Shown: positions 1 through 38,575 of the stretch, in pieces
Position numbering within the stretch: the stretch's first letter is position 1
How the letters are laid out: each line of letters opens with the position of its first letter
Assembly: GCF_046119375.1 (NCBI RefSeq)
Contig: NW_027362771.1
Span: 586,272,001-586,336,000, forward strand
Length of the DNA: 64,000 bases
Direction of reading: 5' to 3'
Source: Phyllobates terribilis
Lineage: Eukaryota
Notes under the pieces: generated by a model
Databases searched by the model: none
Seen by the model: only the letters and a program-made list of their open reading frames with translations
Told to the model about the DNA's origin: nothing
Made by a program: the position numbers and the translations under genes

Positions 1-770
1 CATATGTCCGGCCTGTGGGAGAGGGTGGCAAGGTGGAAGACTTTCCTTACAAAGGAAAACATTCAAGCTGGCTATGCTTGTCAAAACCTACATCAAGTCT
101 CACAAAAGCATGTGGCTAAAATGTGTTATGGTCTAACGAGGCCAGGGTTGTTTGTATTTGCCATAATTCGAAAAGGTGCAAAGCCGACACTGGGCATCAC
201 CAAAAGATCACCATTCCCACAGTGAGGCATGGTAGAGGCAGCGTTGTGCTTTGGGGCTGTTTTTTGGCAGCTGGAACTGAGGCTTTAGTCAAGGTGGAGG
301 GAATTCTGAATAGTCCCAAATATCAGTCAATTCTGCAGCAAAACCTGAATATGAAGACGAATTTCACCTTTCAGAACATCAACCCTAAGCGACCACCAAA
401 TTAACAAATGAACAACTTTACCTGAAGATCAGAGTTTTGGACTGGCCGAGCCCAGACCTGGACCCCAAGGACAATCTGTGGTGACCTGACGAGGGCGCTG
501 CACACAGGAGATGCTTCCGCAGTCTGAAAAGGAGCTGCAACAAGGAGGAGCGGGCAGTTCTAGATGTGCCACGCTGAGAGACCCCGACCCCAAAACACTG
601 AACGCTGCCAGAGATTCACAGGGGACTGCAACTAAGTATTAATATAGGGAGTGTATATTTTTGCAACCACATTATTTTACTTCTTTATTTTTCTTATTTC
701 ACCTGAAAAGATTTCAGTTTATTTTTCAATGGATTTGTACAGATTATGAGCAACATTAAAGGTGGGAAAC
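1..770 (+). mobile_element. Degenerate Tc1/mariner transposon, 3' part (truncated by window start)
   Basis: ORF 123-404 reads TIPTVRHGRGSVVLWGCFLAAGTEALVKVEGILNSPKYQSILQQNL, typical of the Tc1 DDE region. Frameshifted QDNDPKH-like and WPSQSPDL-like remnants follow, then an AT-rich TIR-like tail. Right boundary approximate. Confidence 0.75.
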
Positions 771-1564
771 GTGCAATGGAAAAAAAACTGCAAGTCACCT
801 AAAACAGCTAATTAGTGCAGAAATGGTTCTGAAAGTCTGCAGCAACAAAACCGCAGCAGTTAAGCACAGTGTGAACTCAGCATAAAGTTGTCTTTTTTAT
901 ATGGATATAAAGCTGATCCGCTCCAAAATCCACATTAATAACTGAAAAAAAAAACATTCTGAATTGTTTTTCTGATGAGGTTTTTAAACTGAAAGCCTCA
1001 GAGACCGACCACTGGTTTATGATGGGATTTACCATGATTCACCACCTCCATAAAGCTCAGTGTGAACAGCCCCCGAGGCGCCGTCACTGTTTTTTTTTTT
1101 TTGCAATGTTATTTTCTGACTTGTAATGAACCACCATGAATTTCACAACTTTTTAAACCATTTTTTATGCCTTTCTTCACTTTTTATGCATTTTTCTTTT
1201 CTATAGAGAAGCCTATGGGAAAAAAGAAAAAATAATGTCACAACGTCCCCCATTGTGCGAAATCAGAGCACCCCTATAAACAGGGATGGTATCAGCTGCC
1301 AAAGGGAGTGGGGGAAGGTAAGTGACAACTGGCACCACCACATAGCTGGCTCACATGAGTGGTTGTCAGGGTCAGCACCTCCCTCACCCCAGACTGGCGT
1401 TACAGCAGCACTGTGCGCGCCCTCATGTCAGCACTCGGCTGCTGTCTGCGCTACCCCAGGCTGTCTGTCCACGTTGACAGTAAGGGCACGTAGCCCTTAC
1501 TTAATATGGCCGTCGCCCGATTTCCACTCATATTGCACAACATAGTGCTGCTGTGAGCTGGGGC

Positions 1565-1645
1565 GCTGCTATTGGTCAAAAATGAAACGTGATTCCATAT
1601 GTCGCCAATTATTGACCAATAGCGAGTGGAGAAGTGACGCGCTAC
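1565..1645 (+). promoter_or_regulatory. Proximal promoter of the surf4-family gene (CCAAT boxes, TGACGC site)
   Basis: ATTGG 1571-1575, CCAAT 1605-1609 and 1616-1620, TGACGC 1635-1640, in CpG-rich sequence 80-150 bp upstream of the ATG at 1724. Confidence 0.55.
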
Positions 1646-1723
1646 TGCGGGACGACGCCCTCTACAACCAGTGCCCGGGCTGACTGCTGGACGGACGGGC
1701 TCACTGACTGGCGGTAGGAGGAG

Positions 1724-27687
<25,964 letters not shown>

Positions 27688-28114
27688 CCGGCCCCCAGAT
27701 GGACGCCATCATACGATGCCCCCACATTACAGCCTGTAGCTTTCTGCCATCTAACAGGAACGTTCCCTTCAGCCGGGGAGTTTGGCGAACTGAGTGAGCT
27801 TAGGATATGGCCGGGGGCGGTGGCAGGGATGGGCACCGAATCCTTAGGTTACCAAGCTTTGCCCGTACTGTTGTATCTTTCACCGTACCATGGTCCTTTG
27901 CGGGAGATACAGTGCCCGCTACCGTCCCCGCCCCGCCCACCATTATGCCTCCAGTAAACACTACCTGCATGAGTCGCTGGCTGCAGTCAGGCATCTCGTG
28001 CCCCTCGCGCCATCACTGGAAAACATATCCAAACTCGGCTGCCATAATAACGAGTCCGAACGACGGAAACGACAAACATTTTATTGTATCAGAGGATTTG
28101 TATCAACATTTTAT

Positions 28115-28120
28115 AATAAA
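28115..28120 (+). terminator. Candidate polyadenylation signal of the surf4-family gene
   Basis: AATAAA ~430 nt after the stop codon, followed by T-rich sequence. Usage not verifiable here. Confidence 0.4.
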
Positions 28121-28299
28121 TGACTATTTTCAGAGCGATAAGACGAGATTTCTCTGTGACCGACATCCGTAATCTGCACACAAAGCCCCAGAATTACATC
28201 CATTCCTCTAGAAATCTCACAATGTGGGGGGCTAAACCCACCGTGCCTATATACTCCTACAGCAGCCAGCTCAGATTAGTGTCAACAGCAAGAAAATAA

Positions 28300-31100
28300 A
28301 CTATAACCTGTAGAACCAGCACGACTTGAACCCGGGCTAGAGAAAAATACCCAAAGGCAACAAGAACTGACCCCAAAAAGAAAAACCCTAAGAATAAGGT
28401 GGGATCTGTGTCCCACCAATGTATTTAGCAAGGAAGGCATTTTACGGTAAGTGGCAATGGGGGACACCGCAGCGTAGGACATCAATACCAAAAATATAGG
28501 GACTGCCAACATGGGATGGTTCACAGCACAAGCTAACGTGACCAGCAGCCCGGATGGGCATCTCGCAGAACTCTATAAAGGTGCAAACTGAGCCTTGGGA
28601 CGGCCCTGCCAACCTGGGGACTGAAAGCTGGATGCTTTCTGCATTGGCAGCTGAAAAATGGAGAAGAGTATCCTCCCCAATGAATGACCGGCGCGTGTGT
28701 CCAGGGACCTGGGGCATAAGCCGGGGCCTTGTGATGGAGATGATGCAAATAGATGTGCAAAAGAAATCCTCCACTGATGAACAAATGGTTGATCCCCAGA
28801 ATAATTGACCCCTGCGTTGTAACTCCAGTTTGTTGCATGAAACAAGATGTGGCTGAGTTGTCCGGCCTGGGGACGAGGACTGCAGAACCACTGGACTTGC
28901 AGGGAAGGAGAACTATGGCAGCTACTGACATGACAGAGAAGTTCCTAATGAGCCTTCCATCTTGTCCCCGCTTCCCGATGAGTAAATTACCACTATTGAT
29001 TAAGCGGTCTGGACCTGAGCTGGATAACCTTAAGGTAGGAGGGAACGAGATGTGGACAAGTAGGAAAAAAAGGGCTCCAAGTATCAGGAAAACAATCTTC
29101 AGGTGAGACTGTTAATGCAACCTGTTAAAGTCTCACCTGGTGAGGTGCCGTAGGTCAGGGTGAGCCGCACAGACCTGGAGGCGGTGGAGCTGCCAAGCAG
29201 GTCTTGATAGGTGTCACGTGGATCAGAACAGTGGGATATGCAAGACTGCAGACAGACAAGCAGAGCAGGAAGCACTGGATGTATCAGAGCCAGGTGTGAG
29301 GATACACACTCTAACAACAGACGTATAGACAATCTGGAAGTAGCAGCAGATAAATGGTTAATAGCAGGATACAAGTGATGTAATGGCAGCTAGTTCTTTT
29401 TTGCAGAAATGTGGTTAGACACAAGTAATAGATGAGTAGGCAATATGGCAATTTGGGTGCAGTTACTGTTATAGCAAAGATGTATGCAAACAAACTTGTA
29501 GCAAGGACATGGTTAAACACAGGATAGTGCTGAGGTATTAGCAAACTGGAAACTAGCATGCAGTGATGTGTTAACCTTGATTGCAGAGACAAAGGTGTGA
29601 ACAGGGCCGATAACAAGTAGGAGAAGTTGGTAATCTGGAAACTTTAATTGCAGAAACAGGTTTGGACTAATTCTTGGTAAGATGGACATGGAAATAAACC
29701 CGGGTAGTTGGATTGAAGCAGGAGATCAATGGAAGGTGAAGCAAATTCCTGACATGTATATGGCTACTAAGAGCAATGCGATCTCCATCCTCAGACAGCA
29801 CACGGTTGCCCCAGCTGGCCTTTTGATGATGTCACAGGTGTATTCTGGCTTACTGTGGTAACCCGGTATTGACTAGCACAAGGGGAGCCGACCATAAGAA
29901 CACTTCTGAGTGGATTTTGGAGAGATAGAATGACCTTCAGCACTTGGGGTGAGTGTTTTTTAAGAAGATCCTTACGAGTGGGAAAAGTTACTCTCTCTGG
30001 ATGTGGCCTTCACCTGTAAGTCATGCAGAGAAGGGGTGAACATCTCCCCTTCGGTACAGAGAAGTGACATAAGCGGGCAAAGATCATTGTAAGGACCCTG
30101 GAGCTGTTGCAAGCCCAAGTGAGTAGGGATGGGGGCAAATCTGAAGTAAAGGGGATCGATGATGTGACAATACACATCACAGCTGTACAGCGGGGAGATG
30201 AGATCACAGTGCCAGTGACGTGACTACCGCTGCCGGCTTTCTCTATGGAATCTCCTCGGGATCAGAGTGGGTTTCACCATCGTCACTGTTCGGAGACGGT
30301 GATGAGGTTGGGTCGTTTCCTCAGAATTGATCTCAGACCAGAACAGTAGCAGAAGCCCAGATGGTGAGAATGGCTTCGAAGAAAGATAAGACTGCCTGGT
30401 TGAGTCCTAGGAGGAGCAGAGAGAATCTGCCTTCTTGGAGTGTAACTTCCCTGACCTGGGCATCGTCCACATAGACAAACCAACTCTCTGAAGGACACAA
30501 GGAGCCTCCTTTTCCCAAGGAAGTATTGAGGGGAGTAAAAACCCGATGCTGAGGATGTGCTGGAGTGGGAGGGCTTAGCGGTCTTGTGCAGACGTGTCAT
30601 GGAGGTCCACAGGATAAGAGGAATGGACGTGTCCTTTTTGTCATCCTCGAGAGAAATCAGTGAAAAAACTGAGAACACCTGGATGACTGAGCGCCCGCGG
30701 TCCTGTGGAAAAGAGCACTTCTCATCTGTGACATCCAGGGAAGGGCGCAAGGTCCAAGAGCCGCAATCCATCCCGGCCTCTCCTGGCTGTAAGCTGTGGA
30801 GACTGTAGAGGGATATGGAGGCAAGCCATCACTGAGTGCAGTGGTCCCGACAGTCCTAGGCAGAGGCCGCACATTAGACCATGGTGATTAGACTGGGCCG
30901 TAGAGATCTCGATGGCCAAAGTGGCAACGGAAATGGATGCAAAGTGGGATCCACATTGTCCAGGGGGTGACTAGGAGATTGCATCAGATCACGACATGGT
31001 GGCTACTCCAGAGCCCCAATGACGCCCTCGCCCCCTTTAGAGTAGGAGATGCTGCCATTACTTGTACCTACAATTAGGGAGAAATACCCCTGATACTGTC
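28300..31100 (-). mobile_element. Highly degraded retroelement remnant, possibly Ty3/Gypsy gag-protease
   Basis: Minus-strand fragments LELQRRGQL / YSGDQPFVHQ (decayed knuckle-like) followed by SLDTRAGHSL (aspartic protease-like). No RT and no clear LTR pair seen; boundaries are guesses. Confidence 0.3.
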
Positions 31101-31286
31101 TGGGATGCTGGGACATTTCCTCCTTAGAGGCGCTCTCCTCCTCCTCCTCTCGCCAATATTTTCTTTATTCCCTGAATCTGTGTGAATGTTATTATGGTGT
31201 CAGGGCGATAATATAATAGTATATAATCTACTCCTATCCCCGTCCTCTTCTGGGTCACAGGATGGTGATTCAGACTCTCCGGATTA

Positions 31287-31455
31287 GGCTATGGTCACAC
31301 GTTCAGTATTTGGTCAGTATTTTACATCAGTATTTGTAGCCACAATCAGGAGTGGGTGATAAATACAGAAGTGGTGACGAGTTTCTATTATACTTTTTCT
31401 CTGATTGTTCTTCTCCTGATTTTGGGTTACAAATACTGAACGTGTGAACATGGCC
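31287..31455. mobile_element. PIF/Harbinger-type MITE
   Basis: TTA TSD at 31284-31286 and 31456-31458. TIRs GGCTATGGTCACACGTTCAGTATT and AATACTGAACGTGTGAACATGGCC. Confidence 0.8.
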
Positions 31456-31706
31456 TTACTCTGTGTTCTGGGTGTGACCCGGAAGTCGCTTTTGCAGCGC
31501 TGGAGCCTCGTTCTTACACGAATTTAAGGGGTTGTCCGAAACCCTGAACAGATTGTGCAGAAAAGCCTATACCTCTGCGCTGTACAGAGATCACAGGTCA
31601 TATAAGTACTACTACTCCTATCATGATGAGAATATAGTCACCTGACCTCCTCCATCCTTGCACCCCTCCCCCTTCATTTACATTAAACACTGAGAAAATG
31701 TTATGG

Positions 31707-31723
31707 CAGCGCCCTCTAGTGGT
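31707..31723 (-). promoter_or_regulatory. Candidate CTCF site upstream of yju2b
   Basis: CAGCGCCCTCTAGTGGT; the reverse complement CCACTAGAGGGCGC closely fits the CTCF core consensus. Confidence 0.5.
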
Positions 31724-31974
31724 CAGAAGTGAAATTAACTCTCGAGATCAGATCCAAACCACCTGGAACCTCTTCTAGAAGGAAGTGAGCAGCAGCGTGT
31801 CAGGTCCCGCGTAATATCAATCCTCCTCTGTATAAGAAACGTATTAGACTATAACGATAGGTAGGATGAACTTTGTCCCTTAAGAGCTACCGTTAGCGTT
31901 AGGTCACATGACTTTCCCGAAAGAAAAACCTGGTACCACGTGGTACAGGAAGCACCTCCCGCTCTAGTGTTTTG

Positions 31975-32045
31975 CGTTCCAGAGCGGCCGCCATTTTGTC
32001 GTAGACCGCAGCTATGGAGAGACGCATATCCGGCTCCTGAGCGAG
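31975..32045 (+). promoter_or_regulatory. yju2b promoter/TSS region with YY1-like motif
   Basis: GCGGCCGCCATTTTG at ~31984-31998 in CpG-rich sequence ~170 bp upstream of the ATG-bearing exon end. Confidence 0.5.
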
Positions 32046-32167
32046 GACACATATAGTGAAACAATTTCCTCTGGCGCTTATTTGTCGCATTATAACCATA
32101 ACATAGACTGGAAGGAGCGGAGAGAAGCTCTCATCTCAAGAGGCTCTGGGGCTGACACTACAGGACA

Positions 32168-35100
32168 ATGGTAAGGTATAGCTTATGGTGGCACTACAAG
32201 TCCCAGCTGCGAGGATTGGCTGCGGCGCTACAAGTCCCAGCTGTGTGGAATGGCTGCAGCACTACAAGTCCCGGCTGCGGGGACTGGCTGCGGCACTACA
32301 AGCCCCGGCTGCGGGGACTGGCGGCGGCACTACAAGCCCCGGCTGCGGGGACTGGCGGCGGCACTACAAGCCCCGGCTGTGATGTTGAGTGCTGTCGTCC
32401 ACCAGTACATAGAGCGGGAAGGCTTCCTGGGTCTTGTAGTGCTGTAGTTATTTAAAAAGGTTGTAGTTTCTGGGACTTGTGACGTAGGCTGTTGGCAGTT
32501 GCTGAGAATTGTAGTCCTATGGGTGATGGGAGGAGTAGTTCTGCTACAGGCACACATTACAGATTGCTGGGGCTTGTAGTTCCACAGTAAAGCATGGGCT
32601 CCTGCACATCATGTCTTATCATAGGTTCTGGGGTTTGTTACTGAGGGTCGGACGCTGATTGCTGGAATTTCTAGTGCCACAAAGCACAGGGGTTCAGGCC
32701 ATAGGACATTGCATGTAGCTGGGACTTGTAGTTCTTCAGACAAGCCGCAGTTGTACTATTGAGAGACTGGGAGCAGGTGAAGGGGTATTAGGTGTCTACC
32801 TTCATGGCACGTAATAATAATCAAGGAAATGTTTTGTCTTTAGGGCGAGAGAAAAGGAACCAACAAGTATTATCCTCCTGACTTCGACCCGGCCAAGGTG
32901 AGTGCGGCTGCTGTGTGCCAGAGTGTCGTCCTGCCCCAAACCAATTGCTTAAAGGGTTAACACCCCATCTATATGAATAGCCATTGTCCAATAGTTCCAG
33001 TAAACAATTTTGCAATTTGCTGCTTATTAAAATGTTCAGCCGTTCTTGAGATGTTCCCACTTTTCTTTTGGTTACAGCTCATTGCCTTGGAGACCAGCTA
33101 CCGCTGCTAGACAGCAGAACATGAGCCTTTTTCTGTTGAGCTTGTAAGCACTTGTATGAAGATGCTCAGGATCGCTGGAGTGCGCTGTTACCTCCCAATC
33201 CTGGCCAGCTTCAGTGCAGTGCTTACAAAGCTAGACAGCAGCGGTGGTCGGTCTCCTAGGCAACAATCTATAAACAAGTGTTAATATCTCAAGCATGGCT
33301 GCAAATTTTAATGAGTAGTAAATTGCAAAAGTGCTTGTGTTTACTAGAACTTTCCGACAATATCCGCCATTCTCTGCTTCCTATAGCAGCTTCCTTATTT
33401 CGCTGTATTATCTGACGTGACACATGTTCTTCTCTTCCCCAGCATGGCTCCCTCAACCGCTACAGGAACAGCCACCCTCTGCGGGAGCGGGCTAGGAAGC
33501 TGTCGCAGGGCATCCTCATCATCAGGTGAGAGGCTAGTGACTGAGGCCAGCCTCCTTCCACCACAGTAAATAATGGCCATTACTTGCTGTGACCCCACTA
33601 GAATAAAGAGGCTGCAGTGACCCCTGTGGGTCCGGGCAGGTACTGCACACAGCAGTGCAGTGTGGAGAAAATACACAGTTGAGGCTTTTTGTTCATGGGA
33701 TCAGTGTGGTTCCCTATTGATCAGCAATGTCTGGCTTCTCCTGCCATCACTTGTTCTGATGAGGACGCTGCACATGTTGTGCTTTGTCAGTCGTGTCCAT
33801 TCACAAGCTTCTCTCCACAGATTTGAGATGCCATATAACATCTGGTGCGACGGCTGCAAGAATCACATAGGAATGGGTATGAGCCGCCATCTCTGTCTTG
33901 TAATGTCCTCCTCCCCATCCTGACTGTGACCCAGCACAGCGGGACCTCAATCCGGCCCTGGGATACACCGCCATTCTCTGGGGGAAGGGGGTGTATATAT
34001 AATATACAAAGATTTTTTTTTTTTTTCAATAATCCTGATGGTTTATCTGTCTATTTCAGGCGTCCGTTATAACGCGGAGAAGAAGAAGGTCGGCAATTAT
34101 TACACAACTCCTATATACAGGTAATAAGCCTCATTATACTAGGATTGTGCTCCCCCCACTGAGCTGGATGGACCCTCTAGTGTATAAATAATTAATCTAT
34201 TATGGAATTGCCTTGCGAGCAATTGCCTAATCCACTGCAGTTTGGTAAAGGCAGGTGGAGCTGCCAGGTCACAGAATATGGACTGTTCTGTTATAGTGGT
34301 CTGTAGGGGTTAGGGGTCACACTAACCTTCCTGTCCTCTGTTTGGGGTAGTGTGAAAATGCAGAGTAAGATAATAATCTGATGAATATTAATGAGCGGTG
34401 ATAATCAGTGACTGATAATAATCGGTGACTGCCTCTACCCACCCTCCTAGGTTCAGGATGAAGTGTCACTTATGTGTGAATTACATTGAGATGCAGACGG
34501 ACCCAGCATCATGTGACTACGTGATTGTGAGCGGAGCGCAGAGGAAAGAGGAGCGCTGGGACATGGCGGAGAATGAGCAAGTCCTCACAACAGGTCAGGA
34601 TCTTTGCTCCAACATCTGCAGGGTGATAATGATCGGGGGGGCTCTGCCGGATGTTGGGGTGTGTGATTGTGTTGCTATCTTTGGAGGACAGGGACGCAGG
34701 GTCACTGAACAATCATTGTTTTCTAATATGTTGATTACCCATTGTCACCCGCAGAACATGAAGCAAAACAGAAGCTGGAGACGGATTCTATGTATCGTCT
34801 CGAGCACGGAGTCAAGGATAAAGAAAAGCTCCAGAGGGCGGTGCCATCGCTGTCCGAGCTGCAGAAGGCTCAGAGCACATGGAAGGACGACTTCGCCCTC
34901 AACAGCCTCTTGCGCAGCAAGTTCAGGGTGAGCCGCAGCTGTGCACACACAGGGCTGCATGCAGGGGGTTGGGTGCCCGTCATCAGGACATGGTGCTGAC
35001 CCATAACGGCTGGCACCCTGGCTCTGCCCATGTCGTTACCATACTCGCGCAGGCAGCTCGCCCAGCACGGCATATCATATGCAGGCAGTGGGACTCTGCA

Positions 35101-35991
35101 TAATTCGGGTGCCTCTTGTCTCATACCAGGAGGAGAAGAAGCTTATCCGGGAGGAGGAGGAGCGGGATCAGGCGCTGCTGAAGAAGACGTCTCTGGACCT
35201 GAAGCTTCTCCCGGAGCTTGAGGAGGATAAGAAGATGGCGGCTCTGCTCAAGTATCACAGCCTGGAGTGTAAGAAAGGGAAGGGAGAGCAGAGGTTAATG
35301 TGGGGGGCTGACACCTATGGACTGTCTACTTACTTCTCCAGGGGGCAGTCTATGGCCCCCCGGAGGGAGACTGACTCCGAGCAGAGGGTTGTACCTTTCC
35401 TCTGCTAGGACAGAGCTGCGGTTCTGACTACCGCTCAGGCCTCTGGGAAAATCTCTCCAGTCCGGCACTGATACCTCACTGCTCCTAGTATGACTGGGCC
35501 GATTTGCCTTTCTGGAGTCGGGATGTGACCCCTTTGCAGGTGACATTTGACGACCATATTCATTGTCGCCAGCTTTATCCCGGCCATTGCTCCTGCCCCC
35601 ATTTATCACTTCTTCTATTACAGCGTACGACCAGAAGCAGCAGAAGAAGCGCTCGGAGATCAGCAGTCGCTCCTGGTTCTCCCCCGCAGGGGACAGTAAG
35701 CTCCAGACAGCGGAGAACTCAATCAAAAAGTTAATGATCCGACCCAAAGCCCCTCTGAGCACCGGGGCGTCTGCCATAACGCTTGGGGTAGTACGGCGAA
35801 CCTCGAAAGATGGAAGTCAGACTGATGACAAGAGACTGACGGCGGAGGAGGCACCAGCCGTCCACAGCAACAGGGGCCAGGGGGACAATGTAACACAGAC
35901 TGCTAATAGTAATGGTGCCCCCAGAGCCATCACCACTGCATCCTGTTTAGTCGCTGACTACTCGGACTCTGGATCAGAGGTGGAGGCCTAG
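32168..35991 (+). CDS. yju2b: Splicing factor YJU2B (CCDC130), 359 aa, 9 coding exons
   Basis: ATG 32168-32170 followed by gtaag. Exons 32844-32897 (GERKGTNKYYPPDFDPAK), 33443-33525, 33821-33876 (FEMPYNIWCDGCKNHIGMG), 34060-34120, 34451-34593 (FRMKCHLCVNYIEMQTDP), 34755-34927, 35130-35268, 35624-35991. All GT-AG; total 1080 nt. HGSLNRY...RERARKLSQGILIIR and the two CXXC motifs identify CCDC130 rather than CCDC94. Confidence 0.95.
32190..32740. repeat. 34-bp tandem repeat plus degenerate inverted copies carrying ACTACAAGTCCCAG, in yju2b intron 1
   Basis: About 6 forward units GCACTACAAG(T/C)CCC(A/G)GCTGCGGGGACTGGC(T/G)GCG at 32190-32380. Reverse-oriented GGGACTTGTAGT-like copies lie between ~32430 and 32735. 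Confidence 0.85.
32949..33370. mobile_element. Degenerate palindromic TTAA-type MITE in yju2b intron 2
   Basis: Starts TTAAAGGG. Inverted arms (GTAAACAATTTTGCAATTTGCTGCTTATTAAAAT versus ATTTTAATGAGTAGTAAATTGCAAAAGTGCTTGTGTTTAC). Right end eroded. Confidence 0.5.
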
Positions 35992-37034
35992 CCCGGACTA
36001 GGAGGGGTTACATGTAATAAGTCGCCATATGCTGTATATAGTGTGTATATACTGTGTGTAAATATAATGTACAGTGATCAGTATGCGGTTCCTCATTGTT
36101 GTATATGGACACCACAAATACGGCCCTAACCTGCAGCCCATATTATTATGACCAGTAAATGCACTCTATTGTTCACTGTTATCAGCCATTTCTGACTCTA
36201 GTGTTCTTCGATGTGAAACATGAAGCACAATTTCCTAGTTTATACCCCAGAGCAAGCGGAAACCCTCAGGATGGCCGTGGCCACAACCTTTCCTAACAGC
36301 AGAGTATTTGTTTTTTATTCCTGTTAGGCCTTGTGCACACCACAGATTTTCACAGACGAGTGCTTTCCGTGGTTTTCTCAGAATATTATAGGAACGAGGG
36401 CTATGGGGCTGTGCACATGTCCAATTTTTTTCCTGGGACAGAGTGATCTGCTGATAAAATCAGAGATAGGTCCGATTTTGATTCGAGGGTCGGATCAGCG
36501 TGGACCATGCAAGTCTGAGTGTGATGGTCCGATCTGAGCCGCCATGCTTTGTGTACAGAGCGGGGCCGCGCCAATGAGGGACACCACGTCGTCCTGCAGT
36601 GTTATCCGTATAGGGGGCCGTGTATAAGACCACCTGACACCTCAGGGCCCACAGTCTGCAGTGCATACGTGGGGCCCCGTGTATCCACAGGTCACGTTAC
36701 TAGGCTCGGGCAGGTTACTGCCTATAGTACTGGTCCCATTCAATGACCATTTATATATAGGAAGCCCCCGTCATGGTCAGCTAGATGGGGGGCTCCCTAC
36801 AGTCATCTGATTGCAGGGAAGCTGTCCCAGCACTGGAGCAGATGAGCCCACAGCCGCCTGCTGACTCTCCAAATAACAGGAAAAACTGAAGCGAAAAGGG
36901 CAATGAGCAGAGACTTTATAGGAAACGGTAATAGATTCAGCTCAGAGCCGCTGCAGAGCTGTGAGGGAATATTATCTGGCACCGGAGCTGGAAACGCCCA
37001 CAACAAATATGTCCGCTCACTGGCGTATGTGCCC

Positions 37035-37142
37035 CAAACAAAGATGGCGCCGGGGTGACGTCCGCCCACACAGCAGGTGACGTTATCTGTAACCCGGAAG
37101 TAGTTGACTGAGGCTCGGCAGACGAGGAGCAGCAGTGAGCCG
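37035..37142 (+). promoter_or_regulatory. gtf2f1 promoter and probable non-coding first exon
   Basis: YY1-like AAGATGGCGCC 37041-37051, CRE-like TGACGTC 37056-37062, GC box CCGCCC 37062-37067, ETS CCGGAAGT 37094-37101, then donor CG|GTGAG at 37143. Confidence 0.6.
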
Positions 37143-38575
37143 GTGAGAAATCCTGACTGTGGAGTGTCTGTGCTCCCAGTGCATGAACTACCACCCCCAA
37201 CATCCTCCGGACCCCGGCTCAGAATGCCCACCAGCCCTCTGTACCCCCATGTGTGACCCTTCATCTATGTATGCCCCCACAGCGCTTTACCCAGAATCAT
37301 TCTTGTAGGACCCTATTAGTGACCTGCGCCCAAGATCCTTTTGGTATGATGCCCCCCCGGGTCCTGACTGTATGAACCTTCACCCTGTATGACTCCTGCA
37401 GACCCCCAATAACTGCATTGTGAGACCCACAATAACTGCATTGAGACCCCCAATAGCTGCCCTGTGAGACCCCTAATACACTCCTTGTGAGACCCTCTCA
37501 TTGCTCCTCTATTCCCAGTATATTTGTAGGACGCCGTTGCTTTATGATGGGACCCCTGATCCTGAGGGTGCAGGGGCTGCAGCACTGGTAGCTGTGCGGC
37601 CCCTTCTTAGGACAGGAATATACAGTAGTGGGGTCCGCAGCATCACCCAGTGCTCGGGGCTTCTGTGGGCCGTTGGGAGACGAGTCCTTGCGGCCCCTCT
37701 CCCCCTCCTGATAGCGGTAACCCGTCTCCTTTCGGCTGTATCAGTGGCCGCTGTTTCCGGCTCGGTTTTGCGGCAGGAGCTGCAGCTTCCATACAATTTT
37801 TTCCCAATCTTTCGGATTAAAAAACGGGATTCTGCCATTTCCATTTTCATTTTCCCCTGTGTTGACACCAATTATGTTAATTTTTGTAAGTTATATACAT
37901 TGTGGGATAATGGGGGTGATGTGACCTTTTATGATTTTTGTGTTTCCTAAAGAAAGATTGTAAAATTCCTGTTTATACAGGAGATTGGTACAAACCTGGC
38001 AGGTGCGCGCGTGTGTGTGTGGTGGGGGGGAGGGGTCATGGGGGTCAGAAGTGAGCCCATTTCCAACCTCTTAAATGTCACTTACAATTGACAGCAGCGT
38101 CTAAGAGGTTAAACTGCTCAGTTTACATCAGATGGACTCAGATGCTTGCAGTATAACACAGCCGACGCCCTCGCTGTACTGATCAGGCTCAGCTCTTGAC
38201 CTCGCTCCATATATGCAGTACATACGGGATGTCGCCTGGCCCGGGTGGGCCGGCAGCTGCCGTGGTCTGTGGCACTTGTTTACCAGTGTCCTTGAGGGGA
38301 TCCCTGAGATGATGGACCATGGTATAAGATGGGGATGCGTCTCAGTGTGACCGGCTTATATTTTGGACCATCGCCAGTCTTTGCCTTCATGTCTGTGTTT
38401 ATGGAGCTGCTTATGTCTTGGGGCAGGAGGATTTCTATCTGACTGACCCCTCCCTCCCCCCATACATATCATGTCATCAGCCGCCATCTGCCCTGTGTGT
38501 GCTATCACCGCTTCTCTCCATGTTCTTCACTGTTCAGCACTGTCTTTCAGGTATTCCTCTCGCCCTCCTCCGACC

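Noticed and set aside
32844-35991. Initial reading as YJU2 (CCDC94)
   Set aside because: HGSLNRY...RARKLSQGILIIRFEMPYNIWCDGC and FRMKCHLC match the CCDC130/YJU2B subfamily.
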